A stretch of 44,985 bases of DNA, from assembly GCA_947165475.1 (NCBI GenBank), contig CAMVAN010000003.1, positions 1 to 44,985 on the forward strand, in the 5' to 3' direction. Positions 1 to 9,330 of this stretch are shown here, one piece after another. The notes below the pieces were generated by a model. The model did not search any database. It was not told the DNA's origin and worked only from the letters and a program-made list of their open reading frames with translations. The stretch's first letter is position 1. Every line of letters begins with the position of its first letter. This DNA comes from an uncultured Bacillales bacterium. GTDB taxonomy: Bacteria; Bacillota_I; Bacilli_A; RF39; UBA660. A program made the position numbers and the translations under genes.

Positions 1-10
1 GAACAACGAA

Positions 11-38
11 AAAGACTAGAAATTTTCTTTCTAATCTC
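11..38 (-). terminator. Rho-independent terminator
   Basis: Minus strand AGATTAGAAA-loop-TTTCTAGTCT followed by a T run, downstream of the ABC operon. Confidence 0.6.
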
Positions 39-43
39 TATCA

Positions 44-57
44 TAATATCTTAATAT
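44..57. repeat. TAATATCTTAATAT post-stop motif, copy 1
   Basis: Exact 14-mer also at 5575 and 21814; 1-mismatch copy at 16416. Confidence 0.75.
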
Positions 58-62
58 GACGC

Positions 63-149
63 TTATTTTTTAATATTATCAATTACACCTATTGTACCAA
101 TTACAACATAAGCAATAGCTAAAAATAAAGTTATAATCCATTTAGTCAT
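63..149 (-). CDS. 28-aa hydrophobic peptide (small membrane protein or collapsed gene remnant)
   Basis: MTKWIITLFLAIAYVVIGTIGVIDNIKK with AGAAAGG RBS; translated by hand. Confidence 0.5.
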   Translation of the reverse strand: MTKWIITLFLAIAYVVIGTIGVIDNIKK

Positions 150-174
150 TACCTTTCTCTATCAAATCAAATGA

Positions 175-906
175 CTATTTTACTTCTTTTTTCTTTATTA
201 TATAATTACTTATTTCGAATAATATTACTAAATAAGCAAATGAAAGGCCTACTACTAATAACATTTCTTTAATTGTTGGAGTATATGACATTAATCCGGT
301 TAATCCAGATATCCAATAATTTGAAAAATTAACATCTGATTTTGTTATAGCGCTAATAGCTGGAAACAATAGACTTACTACATTAGGTAATATTAAGTTT
401 ATTGCTATTGCAATACCTAATTTTTCAACAGTGTTAGAAATAACTACATATAATCCAACATTAGCAAATAAAACGGCAAGAGAACCAATAACATATAAAA
501 TAATAGAACTATCAAATCCCATACCATTTTTACTATAAAAAACAAATGTTCCAACTATATTAACCAACAAAAATACCATAGTAGAAATTACAGAAACGAA
601 AAATTTTGCAGTTAATAGTTGTCTTCTAGTATATCCTCTAGCTATAAAGTTCTTCGTTGCTCCCTCTGAAAAATCATTACATACAAATATTGTAATAAAA
701 ATTGTTTCAATTATTCCTACCCCACTAGATAAAGCAGTTAGTACTCCACTTGCTACTGTCATCTTTTCGCCTGTTTGTGTTAATGCACCAAGCATGAATG
801 GAAGTGCAACGCTTAATATAGTATTAATCAATAAACAAATATAAAAGCCTTTTTGTGTAAATACATTTTTTAAATATACTTTTATAATTCTATTCATACT
901 ATTCAC
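175..906 (-). CDS. ABC-2 family permease (BcrB-like)
   Basis: About 6 TM segments, F-x-E-G-x-x-K-N...G-x-x-R motif, overlaps the ATPase gene. Confidence 0.85.
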   Translation of the reverse strand: MNSMNRIIKVYLKNVFTQKGFYICLLINTILSVALPFMLGALTQTGEKMTVASGVLTALSSGVGIIETIFITIFVCNDFSEGATKNFIARGYTRRQLLTAKFFVSVISTMVFLLVNIVGTFVFYSKNGMGFDSSIILYVIGSLAVLFANVGLYVVISNTVEKLGIAIAINLILPNVVSLLFPAISAITKSDVNFSNYWISGLTGLMSYTPTIKEMLLVVGLSFAYLVILFEISNYIIKKKEVK

Positions 907-1795
907 CTATCCTTTTCATAAAATATTCTTCTAAGCTATCTGAATTTGGATAGATAGCACTTACTTTTAAACCACTCTCAACAAGTGCTAAATTAATATT
1001 TGTGGCTTTTTCTATTTGTGAAGTTACTTCAATTTCATGTTTTGAAATAATATTAATATTTTTTTCAGAAACTATATCTGAAATAATTGTTTTTGCTTTT
1101 TTAGTATCATCTACTTCAATTAATAATTTTTTCTTACATTTTTCATGCAATTCTTCAGAAGAAATTTCTTCAACCATTCTTCCGTTATTTATAATACCAT
1201 ATCTTGTAACAACTTTAGCAAGTTCATCAAGTAAATGTGATGATATTAATATTGTAATATTACGTTCTTTATTTAATCTCAATATTAAATCTCTAATTTC
1301 TTTAATACCTTCAGGATCAAGTCCATTTATAGGCTCGTCTAATAATAATAATTCTGGATCACCTAGTAAAGCAATCGCAATTCCAAGTCTTTGTCTCATA
1401 CCAAGTGAGAAATCCTTTGCTTTTTTATTACCTGTATTGCTTAATCCTACCCATTTAAGTATCTCATCTATCTTTAAATCATCTGCTCCATATAGAAGTG
1501 AAAATCTTTTTAAATTCTCTTTAGCAGTTAAATTTTTATAAAAGCCTGGTGCCTCAATTAATGATCCAACTTTTAAACCAACTTCTTTTATTGTTTTATC
1601 TCCAAATAATTTTACTTCACCTGACTGGGGATAAGTAAGTGATAGAATTACTCTCATAAATGTAGTTTTTCCAGCGCCATTTTTTCCAATAAAACCATAA
1701 ATATCACCCTTTTGAATATTCATACATACATTATCTAAAACAGTTTTTTTCCCATATTTTTTTATTATATTTTTTGCTGTTAACATTTGTTCCAT
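899..1795 (-). CDS. ABC transporter ATP-binding protein (BcrA-like)
   Basis: Walker A GKNGAGKT, signature FSLGMRQR, LLLDEPINGLDP. Confidence 0.93.
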   Translation of the reverse strand: MEQMLTAKNIIKKYGKKTVLDNVCMNIQKGDIYGFIGKNGAGKTTFMRVILSLTYPQSGEVKLFGDKTIKEVGLKVGSLIEAPGFYKNLTAKENLKRFSLLYGADDLKIDEILKWVGLSNTGNKKAKDFSLGMRQRLGIAIALLGDPELLLLDEPINGLDPEGIKEIRDLILRLNKERNITILISSHLLDELAKVVTRYGIINNGRMVEEISSEELHEKCKKKLLIEVDDTKKAKTIISDIVSEKNINIISKHEIEVTSQIEKATNINLALVESGLKVSAIYPNSDSLEEYFMKRIGE

Positions 1796-1879
1796 ATTAA
1801 TACTCCTTTCAAATTATATAATATTTAAATTTAAAGTTTTTTGATTTTATTCTAGGACAGTATCTTAACTATCACGTTT

Positions 1880-2775
1880 TTATTTTTTATTTAAAATAAC
1901 ACTTTCAGTATCTTTATCGTAATAATATTCAAACGAATATTCATTTTGTGCTTCATCAGTCACTGTAAAACTATATTTTCCATTTTTTCTACCATTAATT
2001 TTTATTGAATGGATTTCATCAGTTGAATTAATAATTTCAACATTTCCTTTTTTTGTTCCACTATATGAACTCACTTTTATTTTTCCTACTAAATTTATTC
2101 CATAATCTTCTAATTTTTTATATGTTTCATATTCCGAATCAATTATACCACCTTTTAAAACAATAAAAACAATAGAACAAATAGCAACAATAGATAATAA
2201 AATTATTTTATATTTAGTCTTATCAAATAAATTTAATACAACCATTATTTAATACAACCATTATAATAATGAAAAAACATGCTATAAATGATAATAAATG
2301 ATGAGGAAAATTACTTATCATCGATATAAAATATCCAAACCCCATATATGCTAATAAAAGCAACATTGGTAATAATATAATCATACTTATAATATTTTTC
2401 TTTTTTATATAATAACCAATAAATCCCATTGGTAAGCATGCTAAAGTCCATATAAACCAATATCTATCAATATCTATAGTATTTAAATAATCCAAACCCC
2501 ATACTACTAAACGGAACTTGAATCAAATAAATTAGAGGCTGACTTATTAAAAAGAACACAAAACATTTTAAAGCTGAATCTTTTGGTGACTTACTATTAC
2601 AGATAATTATTATTCCAAATAAAATCCACCATTCAAGATAAACTGCTATATCTCTAAATGATGTATCAGCTGTAATTGGAAGTATTGCCATAACTGCAGT
2701 ATATACTCCTGCTATAATCGCAAATATAATTAACTTTTTCCAAGTCAAATCAATTTCGCCAAATAAATTTTTCAC
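1880..2775 (-). pseudogene. Multi-TM membrane protein with C-terminal soluble domain, split into three ORFs
   Basis: ORFs 2467-2775, 2223-2495 and 1880-2245 join if a 10-bp (2458-2477) and a 16-bp (2231-2262) tandem duplication are collapsed. Confidence 0.8.
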
Positions 2776-3168
2776 TATATCACACTCATTTCTATATCAT
2801 TATACCACGATTTTATACTTTTTTATCATCAACTTAAATCATCGCAATATTACTATATTCTGATTACTAACCATAATATTTTATTGCATAAAAAATACAT
2901 ACAAAATGTGTTTAAAAAATAAGTGTCGGCATGTTACAAGCCAGTACCATAATTCCTCTCAAAAACGAGTATATTTTACCATATTTTTTAATTTTTTATC
3001 TCTTTTTTACTAAAACTTGCAAGATGTCAATTCTTAAAAACTCCCATTTTATAAGGGGTTAAGTGATAGTCGCCATAAATACAGGACAGGCAGTTAATAT
3101 TAGTTTTATTTTCATTCATTTGGATCAACTCCTTTTATTTATTACATAATTATAACATATTAATTCTA

Positions 3169-3516
3169 TTAAAATTTATTTTCGTCTAATAAGGGAATAA
3201 TATCAATTGCTGGTTCTTCATAAGGATGAACCTCTCTTAATTTTAGAATAACATTTTTTACTTTTTCCGCTGAACAAACTACCTCTAATTTATCCTCTTC
3301 TACAAATTCTAATTTATTATTTTCTCCTATATATGGATTAGCATCATCATTTGATTTAAAAGTTCCAATACATTTTGTAGACATTGAGCAATAAGAATAG
3401 TTACCTATAACTCCAGCACCTTCATTGCATATTGCATTTCTAACTTCTTCAGTATTTTCTTTTGGAACTGTTACAATTATCTTTACTTTATTAATATTTA
3501 TATTCATTTTTTTCAC
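3169..3516 (-). CDS. YqfO/NIF3 PII-like domain protein
   Basis: GAGVIGNYSYCS, GTF, ANPYIG and HPYEEPA motifs. Confidence 0.85.
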   Translation of the reverse strand: MKKMNININKVKIIVTVPKENTEEVRNAICNEGAGVIGNYSYCSMSTKCIGTFKSNDDANPYIGENNKLEFVEEDKLEVVCSAEKVKNVILKLREVHPYEEPAIDIIPLLDENKF

Positions 3517-3521
3517 CTCAT

Positions 3522-3660
3522 TCTTCTAGGGGTCCAGGATATCGGCTTTATGGGATATTTGTGACCCTTTAATTTCCTTTATTACTCGTCATTTTCACAT
3601 TTGAGAACACTCGGGAACACTCTAGAATTTAATTTTTTCGTATGTAAAATTGTATGTAAT
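3522..3660. mobile_element. att-like scars (GGGG core, GAACACTC x2, GTATGTAA x2)
   Basis: Direct repeats at 3605/3615 and 3640/3652; GTATGTAA pair also present at 5271-5292. Confidence 0.45.
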
Positions 3661-3692
3661 TTTGAAATACAGAACAAACTAAATTTCAATTT

Positions 3693-4316
3693 TTATTTTT
3701 TCTCTTTTTTGATTTCTAATTCTTGACCAGACATTATTTTTTCTCTAGTACAAATCAATGTACTAATCAATGCCAATTGCATTACAACCTTATCACAAAT
3801 ATCATCTAGTTCATTTTCACTGCCTTTAATTTCATTTTTTGAAATAATCATATCTAGTTTTACTAAAAACTCTTTTTGTAAAATTTTAATAAGCTCAGTT
3901 ATTGCATTAAATACATTCTTATCACAATATGATTCATATAATAGCAATTCCCTTTTAATTTTAGGAATAACCTCAATTATTTTTAAAGTATATTTCTTGA
4001 AATCTTTATGATTCGAATTGTTTAAAGTGTCTTTCACATCCTGAATATCTGGAACTATATTCGAGGCAAATGAATAATATTTATTATAAAACTCTAATTC
4101 GTTTTCTATCAACATTTTATAAGCCATGGTTTTTCTATTTATCTCGTTTTCAAGATTAACAATCTTTATTTGCTTTTTTGTAATAAAATAATTTTCAAAT
4201 AATTTTTCAACAAGAAACTTTATGAATGATATTAAGCCAATAATAGCAAAAAATATTGTTGTAATTATTAATCCATATGTATCAATCAGATCTTTTACAT
4301 TATTTATTATTTCCAT
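3693..4316 (-). CDS. Hypothetical protein with N-terminal TM helix
   Basis: 207-aa ORF, hydrophobic residues ~14-36, helical remainder. Confidence 0.7.
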   Translation of the reverse strand: MEIINNVKDLIDTYGLIITTIFFAIIGLISFIKFLVEKLFENYFITKKQIKIVNLENEINRKTMAYKMLIENELEFYNKYYSFASNIVPDIQDVKDTLNNSNHKDFKKYTLKIIEVIPKIKRELLLYESYCDKNVFNAITELIKILQKEFLVKLDMIISKNEIKGSENELDDICDKVVMQLALISTLICTREKIMSGQELEIKKEKK

Positions 4317-4334
4317 ATTACCACCCGCTCTTAA

Positions 4335-5115
4335 TTATATATCAAAATCCAACAGTAATGGTAAATAATCAGAGATATTACTTTCAAAAACCATCAAATT
4401 TTTTACTATAACTTTATCGTTAACAAATATATAATCACAAACCATGTTTCCTTTATCTAACCCATCATCAAAATTTGGCCTAGTCGATTTAATATTATAC
4501 TTATCAATTAAATTTGTTAATTTGTTATTTAACATTTTAATACTATCTGTATTTGGTAGCAAATTAAAATCTCCAACTACTATAGCAGGAATATCATTTC
4601 TTATTTTGCTTAGTATAAATTCTGATTGATTAATTGTTCTTTCATCACCTATTTTATCTTTATTCCATATACCATGAACATTAATTATTTGAATCTCGTT
4701 TCCGTCAATTTCTAAAATTGTATTTTGAATTGATCTACACCAGTCTTTTTCTTTAAAATAAGTTGCATCATATTCATATTTATAATCATTATAATAAAAC
4801 TGATTATAATGCTCTTTAATTTTAAATTTTGAAATTATTAAAGACCCCTGCTCTGCTTTTCCCCCCAAAATCTCTTACAACAACATTATTTTTAGTTATT
4901 CCATCTGCTATAAATAATGGAGCAAAACCGCTGTACTTATATTCTTCCAATTGCCCAATATGATTTTTAGATTTAAAGATATCGTAACAATTATCATCAA
5001 CAGCATTCATTGCTTCTTGAAATGTACATATATCAGCATCCTCTTTTTTTATAAATTCTAAAACCTGTTTCGTATTATCTAATTTTATTCCAATATTTAA
5101 ATCAAGTAATTTCAT
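4335..5115 (-). pseudogene. Endonuclease/exonuclease/phosphatase (EEP) protein, frameshifted at a G7 tract
   Basis: LNI, FQE, NVHG, GDFN, DYIF and SD motifs across two ORFs; shift at C7 run 4861-4867. Confidence 0.85.
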
Positions 5116-5191
5116 GTTTCAATTCCTTTCTTATTAATATAAGTTTCTGCTTCCATAACTAATTATAACACAAATTTTCACCCAAACACTG

Positions 5192-5390
5192 CTGAAGAGG
5201 GCAAAAAACAATTATTTCTAGCACTTATAGGGTTTTTTAATAAAAATACATACGTTTTTCATACAAAAAATTCGTATGTAATTCGTATGTAAATTGTAAA
5301 TTCTTGCAATTGTTTAAATGTCGTAATCCTCGCAATCCCTTATAAATACTGGGTTTAACAAAAATGAGACGTCTTTCGACGCCTCTTCAG
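5192..5390. mobile_element. Non-coding MITE-like / collapsed integrative element
   Basis: 9-bp terminal inverted repeats CTGAAGAGG (5192-5200) and CCTCTTCAG (5382-5390); internal TACATACG facing TTCGTATGTAA x2. Confidence 0.5.
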
Positions 5391-5394
5391 GGGG
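5383..5394 (+). repeat. CTCTTCAGGGGG core, copy 1
   Basis: Identical GC-rich 12-mer at 15783-15794. Confidence 0.6.
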
Positions 5395-5574
5395 ACCACT
5401 ATAAACAAGTTCTATCAGTATCAAAGTAGTTTAAAAGCCTTATTTTTAAGTTTTTTTTATTTATTATAGTTTAAAAAAGTTTAATAAATTTGATTATTTT
5501 GTATATGTAATTGTATATGTAATAATTTAATGGATATGTTTTGTTTTGTAAAAAAGATTCTCCAAAGTTTCTCT

Positions 5575-5588
5575 TAATATCTTAATAT
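5575..5588. repeat. TAATATCTTAATAT post-stop motif, copy 2
   Basis: 10 nt past the stop of the hydrolase gene. Confidence 0.75.
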
Positions 5589-5598
5589 CCCGATCTCT

Positions 5599-6586
5599 TT
5601 ATACTAAATATTTATTAAAAAACTTTTCTATCTTATCAAATGAAATTACATCCATTTTATCATATAAATCACAATGGACTGCATTAGGTATAATCATTAA
5701 TTCTTTATTATCAGAATATTTACGTCCTTCAGTCATATTTTTATATGCATCTTTACTAAAATAACATGAATGCGCATTTTCTCCATGTATCATTAATACA
5801 GCACTTCTAATCTCTTTACTATAAGTAAGCATAGTGGTATTCATAAGTGAACCCATTGATGAAATAGTAAATCCTCCATTAGAACCTAAAGATATTTTAT
5901 GATATCCTCTTCCTTTATAAAAGCTTACATAGTCTTTTAAAAATTGAGGTGCATCTTCTGGTAAATCTTCTGGATTTGGATTACCACCTGCTAAAGCATA
6001 TTTTTTATTTTTCAAATCTTCTGTTCTTGTTTTATTATAATCAACTCTTGCTTGATATCTTGCATCCTCATCGTTTGAATCATTATATCCATAGTTTGCA
6101 ACTCTAGACATATCATACATTGTTGATGTTACAGTTGCTTTTATTCTTGTATCAAGTGAAGCAGTTTGAAGAGCATATCCTCCTCAACCACAAATTCCTA
6201 TAATACCTATCTTTTCTGAATCAACAATATCTAAATTTGATAGGTAATCTACTGCTGCTTGATAACATTCTACTGAGCTATCTATGGAATTCATATCTCT
6301 TGGAGTTCCACCTGATTCGCCATAATATGCAGGATTAAATGCAATTGTTAAAAATCCTCTTGAAGCCATTTCTTGTGCAGATCTTCCTGACACTTGTTCT
6401 TTAACTGCACTATAAGGTCCACATACAGCTATTGCTGGTAATTTTCCATTATAATTTTTTGGTTCATATTGATCAGCTACTAATGTAACTCCAAAGTGGT
6501 TTTCAAAAGTTACCTTTTTATGATTAACATTTTCGTTTTTTTTGAAATACTTTATTCCATTCTTCAGTTAATTTTAATTCTTCCAT
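5599..6586 (-). pseudogene. Alpha/beta hydrolase (YcjY/dienelactone hydrolase-like), disrupted
   Basis: MEELKLTEEW start, GPxxAVKEQ, GESGG, GICG nucleophile elbow, HCDLYD; frameshift at T8 run 6536-6543 and in-frame TGA at 6184-6186. Confidence 0.85.
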
Positions 6587-6647
6587 TCTTACCTATTATA
6601 AAATATTGTTTACTCATTATCCTACTTCCTACATCCCACTAGATACA

Positions 6648-6680
6648 CAAAAAAAGACTTAAGACAACCTTAAGTCTTTT
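6648..6680 (-). terminator. Riboswitch expression-platform terminator
   Basis: Minus strand AAGACTTAAG-loop-CTTAAGTCTT followed by a T run. Confidence 0.8.
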
Positions 6681-6687
6681 AAAAGTT

Positions 6688-6771
6688 ATCTTATAGATCT
6701 AGCTTTACCACCTAATTTAATAGGTTGGCGTGGCTTCATAGGGCTAGTCCCTCCACCACTCTTTATAAGAT
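6688..6771 (-). ncRNA. SAM-I (S-box) riboswitch, P4-less variant
   Basis: ATCTTATAAAGAGTGGTGGAGGGACTAGCCCTATGAAGCCAC-GCCAACC...GGTGG...TATAAGAT: P1, kink-turn P2, P3 and L2 pseudoknot partner GCTAG. Confidence 0.9.
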
Positions 6772-6811
6772 GTGATTTAATTATAACATATGTTTATTAT
6801 TAAGTACAATT

Positions 6812-7291
6812 CTAATTATCATTAATTATGTAATGAAAATTTTTAGTACTATTTAAAACTGCTTCTTTTATTTTTTCTGGACGTAAATTGATATTTCTTA
6901 ACTCTTCTAAATCAAACCATTTTAAACTGTGTTTAACAGTATAACCATGATCATCTTCTACATAATCATAATCTATATTATCTATATCATCTTTATTTTT
7001 AAATGATGCTTTATAGTAGAAATCAATACCATGAGTTTTGTCACCTTTAAAATTTGTAAAAAAGTTTTCTGCTATTCCTAAAAATTCATCTAGAATAAAA
7101 TCAAATTTTATTTCTTCTTTCAATTCTCTATGAATAGCTTCTTCTGAGTTTTCTCCTATATTTACATATCCACCAGGTAAACAATAACTATTCTCATCAT
7201 ATTTTTCTAATAATATTTTGTTATTTTCAATTATAATTCCTGATACTCTAAATTTAAATTTTATATCACTAGTTTTTATTTTTACATCCAT
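6812..7291 (-). CDS. NUDIX hydrolase
   Basis: PGGYVNIGENSEEAIHRELKEE Nudix box. Confidence 0.92.
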   Translation of the reverse strand: MDVKIKTSDIKFKFRVSGIIIENNKILLEKYDENSYCLPGGYVNIGENSEEAIHRELKEEIKFDFILDEFLGIAENFFTNFKGDKTHGIDFYYKASFKNKDDIDNIDYDYVEDDHGYTVKHSLKWFDLEELRNINLRPEKIKEAVLNSTKNFHYIINDN

Positions 7292-7318
7292 ATTTTTCTC
7301 CTATCATATAATTTATGT

Positions 7319-7927
7319 CTAAAATATTGTTTTTACTAATCTAGCATTTACTTCTTCTATTGACCCAGATGCATCAAATACTTGATATTCATTATTTAAT
7401 ATTTGATTGTATATTATTTGATTTTGATATGCTTGATACAATGAATATATATCAAAACTTTTTTGATTTAAAGATGATGTTTTTCTTTCTTCTGTAATTT
7501 TTTGTCTTTCTTCACTGCTTTTGGCTATTTCAAAAAATAGTGATGTATTTTCTTTGTTTTTTATATTCATTTTATATTTAGTATCCTCAACCATTTGTAT
7601 TGCTTCATCTTCTTGCAATCCTTTAATCATTAACGTAGCTGCTGCTCGTGCGTCAAAGTTTCTAATTCCTTTATCTAATAGAACTATTGATTTGCTACAT
7701 TGTTCTATCATTTCATTTCTTTTTCTTATGCAATTATATAGTGTATCTAGAAATTCTTCAGGAATACTTTCAATAAACCACCAGTTGAAATCTGATATTC
7801 GTTCATCCGAAAAAGCTCCTTGGCTATTAACTAGTTCGACATATTCACTATATCTTTCTAATAATAACTCTATTTGTGTTGTTTTTCCGCTTCCATCAAC
7901 GCCATTAAAGCTAATAACCTTACCCAT
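7319..7927 (-). CDS. Thymidylate-kinase-like P-loop NMP kinase
   Basis: ISFNGVDGSGKTTQ, LLDK, C-terminal DASGSIEEV. Confidence 0.8.
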   Translation of the reverse strand: MGKVISFNGVDGSGKTTQIELLLERYSEYVELVNSQGAFSDERISDFNWWFIESIPEEFLDTLYNCIRKRNEMIEQCSKSIVLLDKGIRNFDARAAATLMIKGLQEDEAIQMVEDTKYKMNIKNKENTSLFFEIAKSSEERQKITEERKTSSLNQKSFDIYSLYQAYQNQIIYNQILNNEYQVFDASGSIEEVNARLVKTIF

Positions 7928-7948
7928 AAATCCACCGTATTTATTATC

Positions 7949-9322
7949 CTATTTATTTTTTATTAATACTTTTCCGTCTTTTTTTACTAAATCTTCTGAG
8001 TTTAAGTTTTCTACATCAAGGCAACTTACTATTTTTATAAAGTCTTCTCTAATAGTGTCTGGTACCATCTTTATTTTTCCATAAACAATATCTTTTATTG
8101 CAATCATTTCAGGTCCATAGAAACCTCTATTAGCATATCCAGGATCTGAAAATTCTGGTCCTTTACCTGTTCCTATTTCTCCACCAATTCTCTTAATTAA
8201 ATTAAAATATTGAGTACCTTTTTCTTCTGGTAATGATAGTAATGGTTCTTTAGATAACAATTCAACATCTATTCCAATCTCTTCTTTTAATTCTCTTTTT
8301 GTTGCATCCTCTAGTGTTTCGCCTTCCTCAATTCCTCCACCAGGTACTACGTAGTACTCTTTAACTTCTCCATCGATATTTTTAATTCTATGCATTAATA
8401 GAAGTTTTCCATCCTCTATTAACATTCCGCCTGCTCTATTTCTCATTTTTATTAAACCTCCCTTAACATACTTTACTATATTATATAATTTTTTTTCTAA
8501 TTCTACAATATCACCATTGTTTTCAATGACAAAGTTAGCAATTTTTTCTACTTTGTCTGCTCCCCTTGTTTTCTTTGTATTATCTTTTTTTTCTATTTCT
8601 CTTTCAGATTTTTCGATATCATTATCAAAATATAATGCATTTCTTGCTGTTCTAATTAAATCCTCAGTTTTCAAATATAAAACTATAAAGTTGTTTGGTA
8701 AAACCTCTTTCATTGTTTTTGTGCCTATGAAACTATGAAGGCTTTCTATTGAAATTATGTCCCAATAGTACATTCTTTTCATCATATGACAAATTTCATC
8801 TATTACTAGTATTGAAGAAAATTCTCTGTTATTTTCAAATAGATCATCTTCTTCACTTAATCCATAAGATTTTTTTACTACATCATTGATATAATTAAAT
8901 TTAAAATTTGGTATACCAAGTTTTTGTAATAGTATTTTACCAGTACTGCTTTTTCCTGATTCACTTAATCCACCTATTCCAAAAATATATCTATTATCAT
9001 CAAGTTTTAATATCTTTTTCTTCATTTCTTCTTTTATTATTTCATTTAGTTTATCTAAATCTATTTTTTCTGAATCGTCTACATATATATCAAACAATTC
9101 ATTTAGATCAGATTGAATATTATTGTTTGGTAGATTACTTTCTACTATCACTATTGCTTTATTAGTCTTTTTAATTCTATCTATTTCATCAATTGCTTCT
9201 TGAGCGTTCTTAATATCTAACAAATTAATACAGTGCACTAAATGAGGATTTTGCTTTTTAAGTTCCGCTATACATTGTCTTCGTGTATCTTTCTCTAAGT
9301 TTATTCCTAATATTACTTGCAT
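7949..9322 (-). CDS. P-loop (NMP/dephospho-CoA-like) kinase-NUDIX fusion
   Basis: GIGGLSESGKS P-loop, ADxxxxIANFVIENNG, then PGGGIEEGETLEDATKRELKEEIG Nudix box. Confidence 0.82.
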   Translation of the reverse strand: MQVILGINLEKDTRRQCIAELKKQNPHLVHCINLLDIKNAQEAIDEIDRIKKTNKAIVIVESNLPNNNIQSDLNELFDIYVDDSEKIDLDKLNEIIKEEMKKKILKLDDNRYIFGIGGLSESGKSSTGKILLQKLGIPNFKFNYINDVVKKSYGLSEEDDLFENNREFSSILVIDEICHMMKRMYYWDIISIESLHSFIGTKTMKEVLPNNFIVLYLKTEDLIRTARNALYFDNDIEKSEREIEKKDNTKKTRGADKVEKIANFVIENNGDIVELEKKLYNIVKYVKGGLIKMRNRAGGMLIEDGKLLLMHRIKNIDGEVKEYYVVPGGGIEEGETLEDATKRELKEEIGIDVELLSKEPLLSLPEEKGTQYFNLIKRIGGEIGTGKGPEFSDPGYANRGFYGPEMIAIKDIVYGKIKMVPDTIREDFIKIVSCLDVENLNSEDLVKKDGKVLIKNK

Positions 9323-9330
9323 ATATCCTC

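Noticed and set aside
5375-5399. TTCGAC...GGGGACCA resembling a tRNA 3' end
   Set aside because: No T-stem pairing or cloverleaf; at most a short fragment.
5360-5400. CTGAAGAG...CGAAA on the minus strand resembling a hammerhead ribozyme core
   Set aside because: Stem I cannot form and stems II/III would be only 1-2 bp; a simple hairpin explains it.
6184-6186. In-frame TGA at a likely Trp position (GICG*GG), suggesting genetic code 4 or selenocysteine
   Set aside because: TGG is used for Trp throughout, and TGA ends intact genes (11643, 28228, 37626, 44157). The position is not the catalytic Cys. A TGG>TGA change is simpler.
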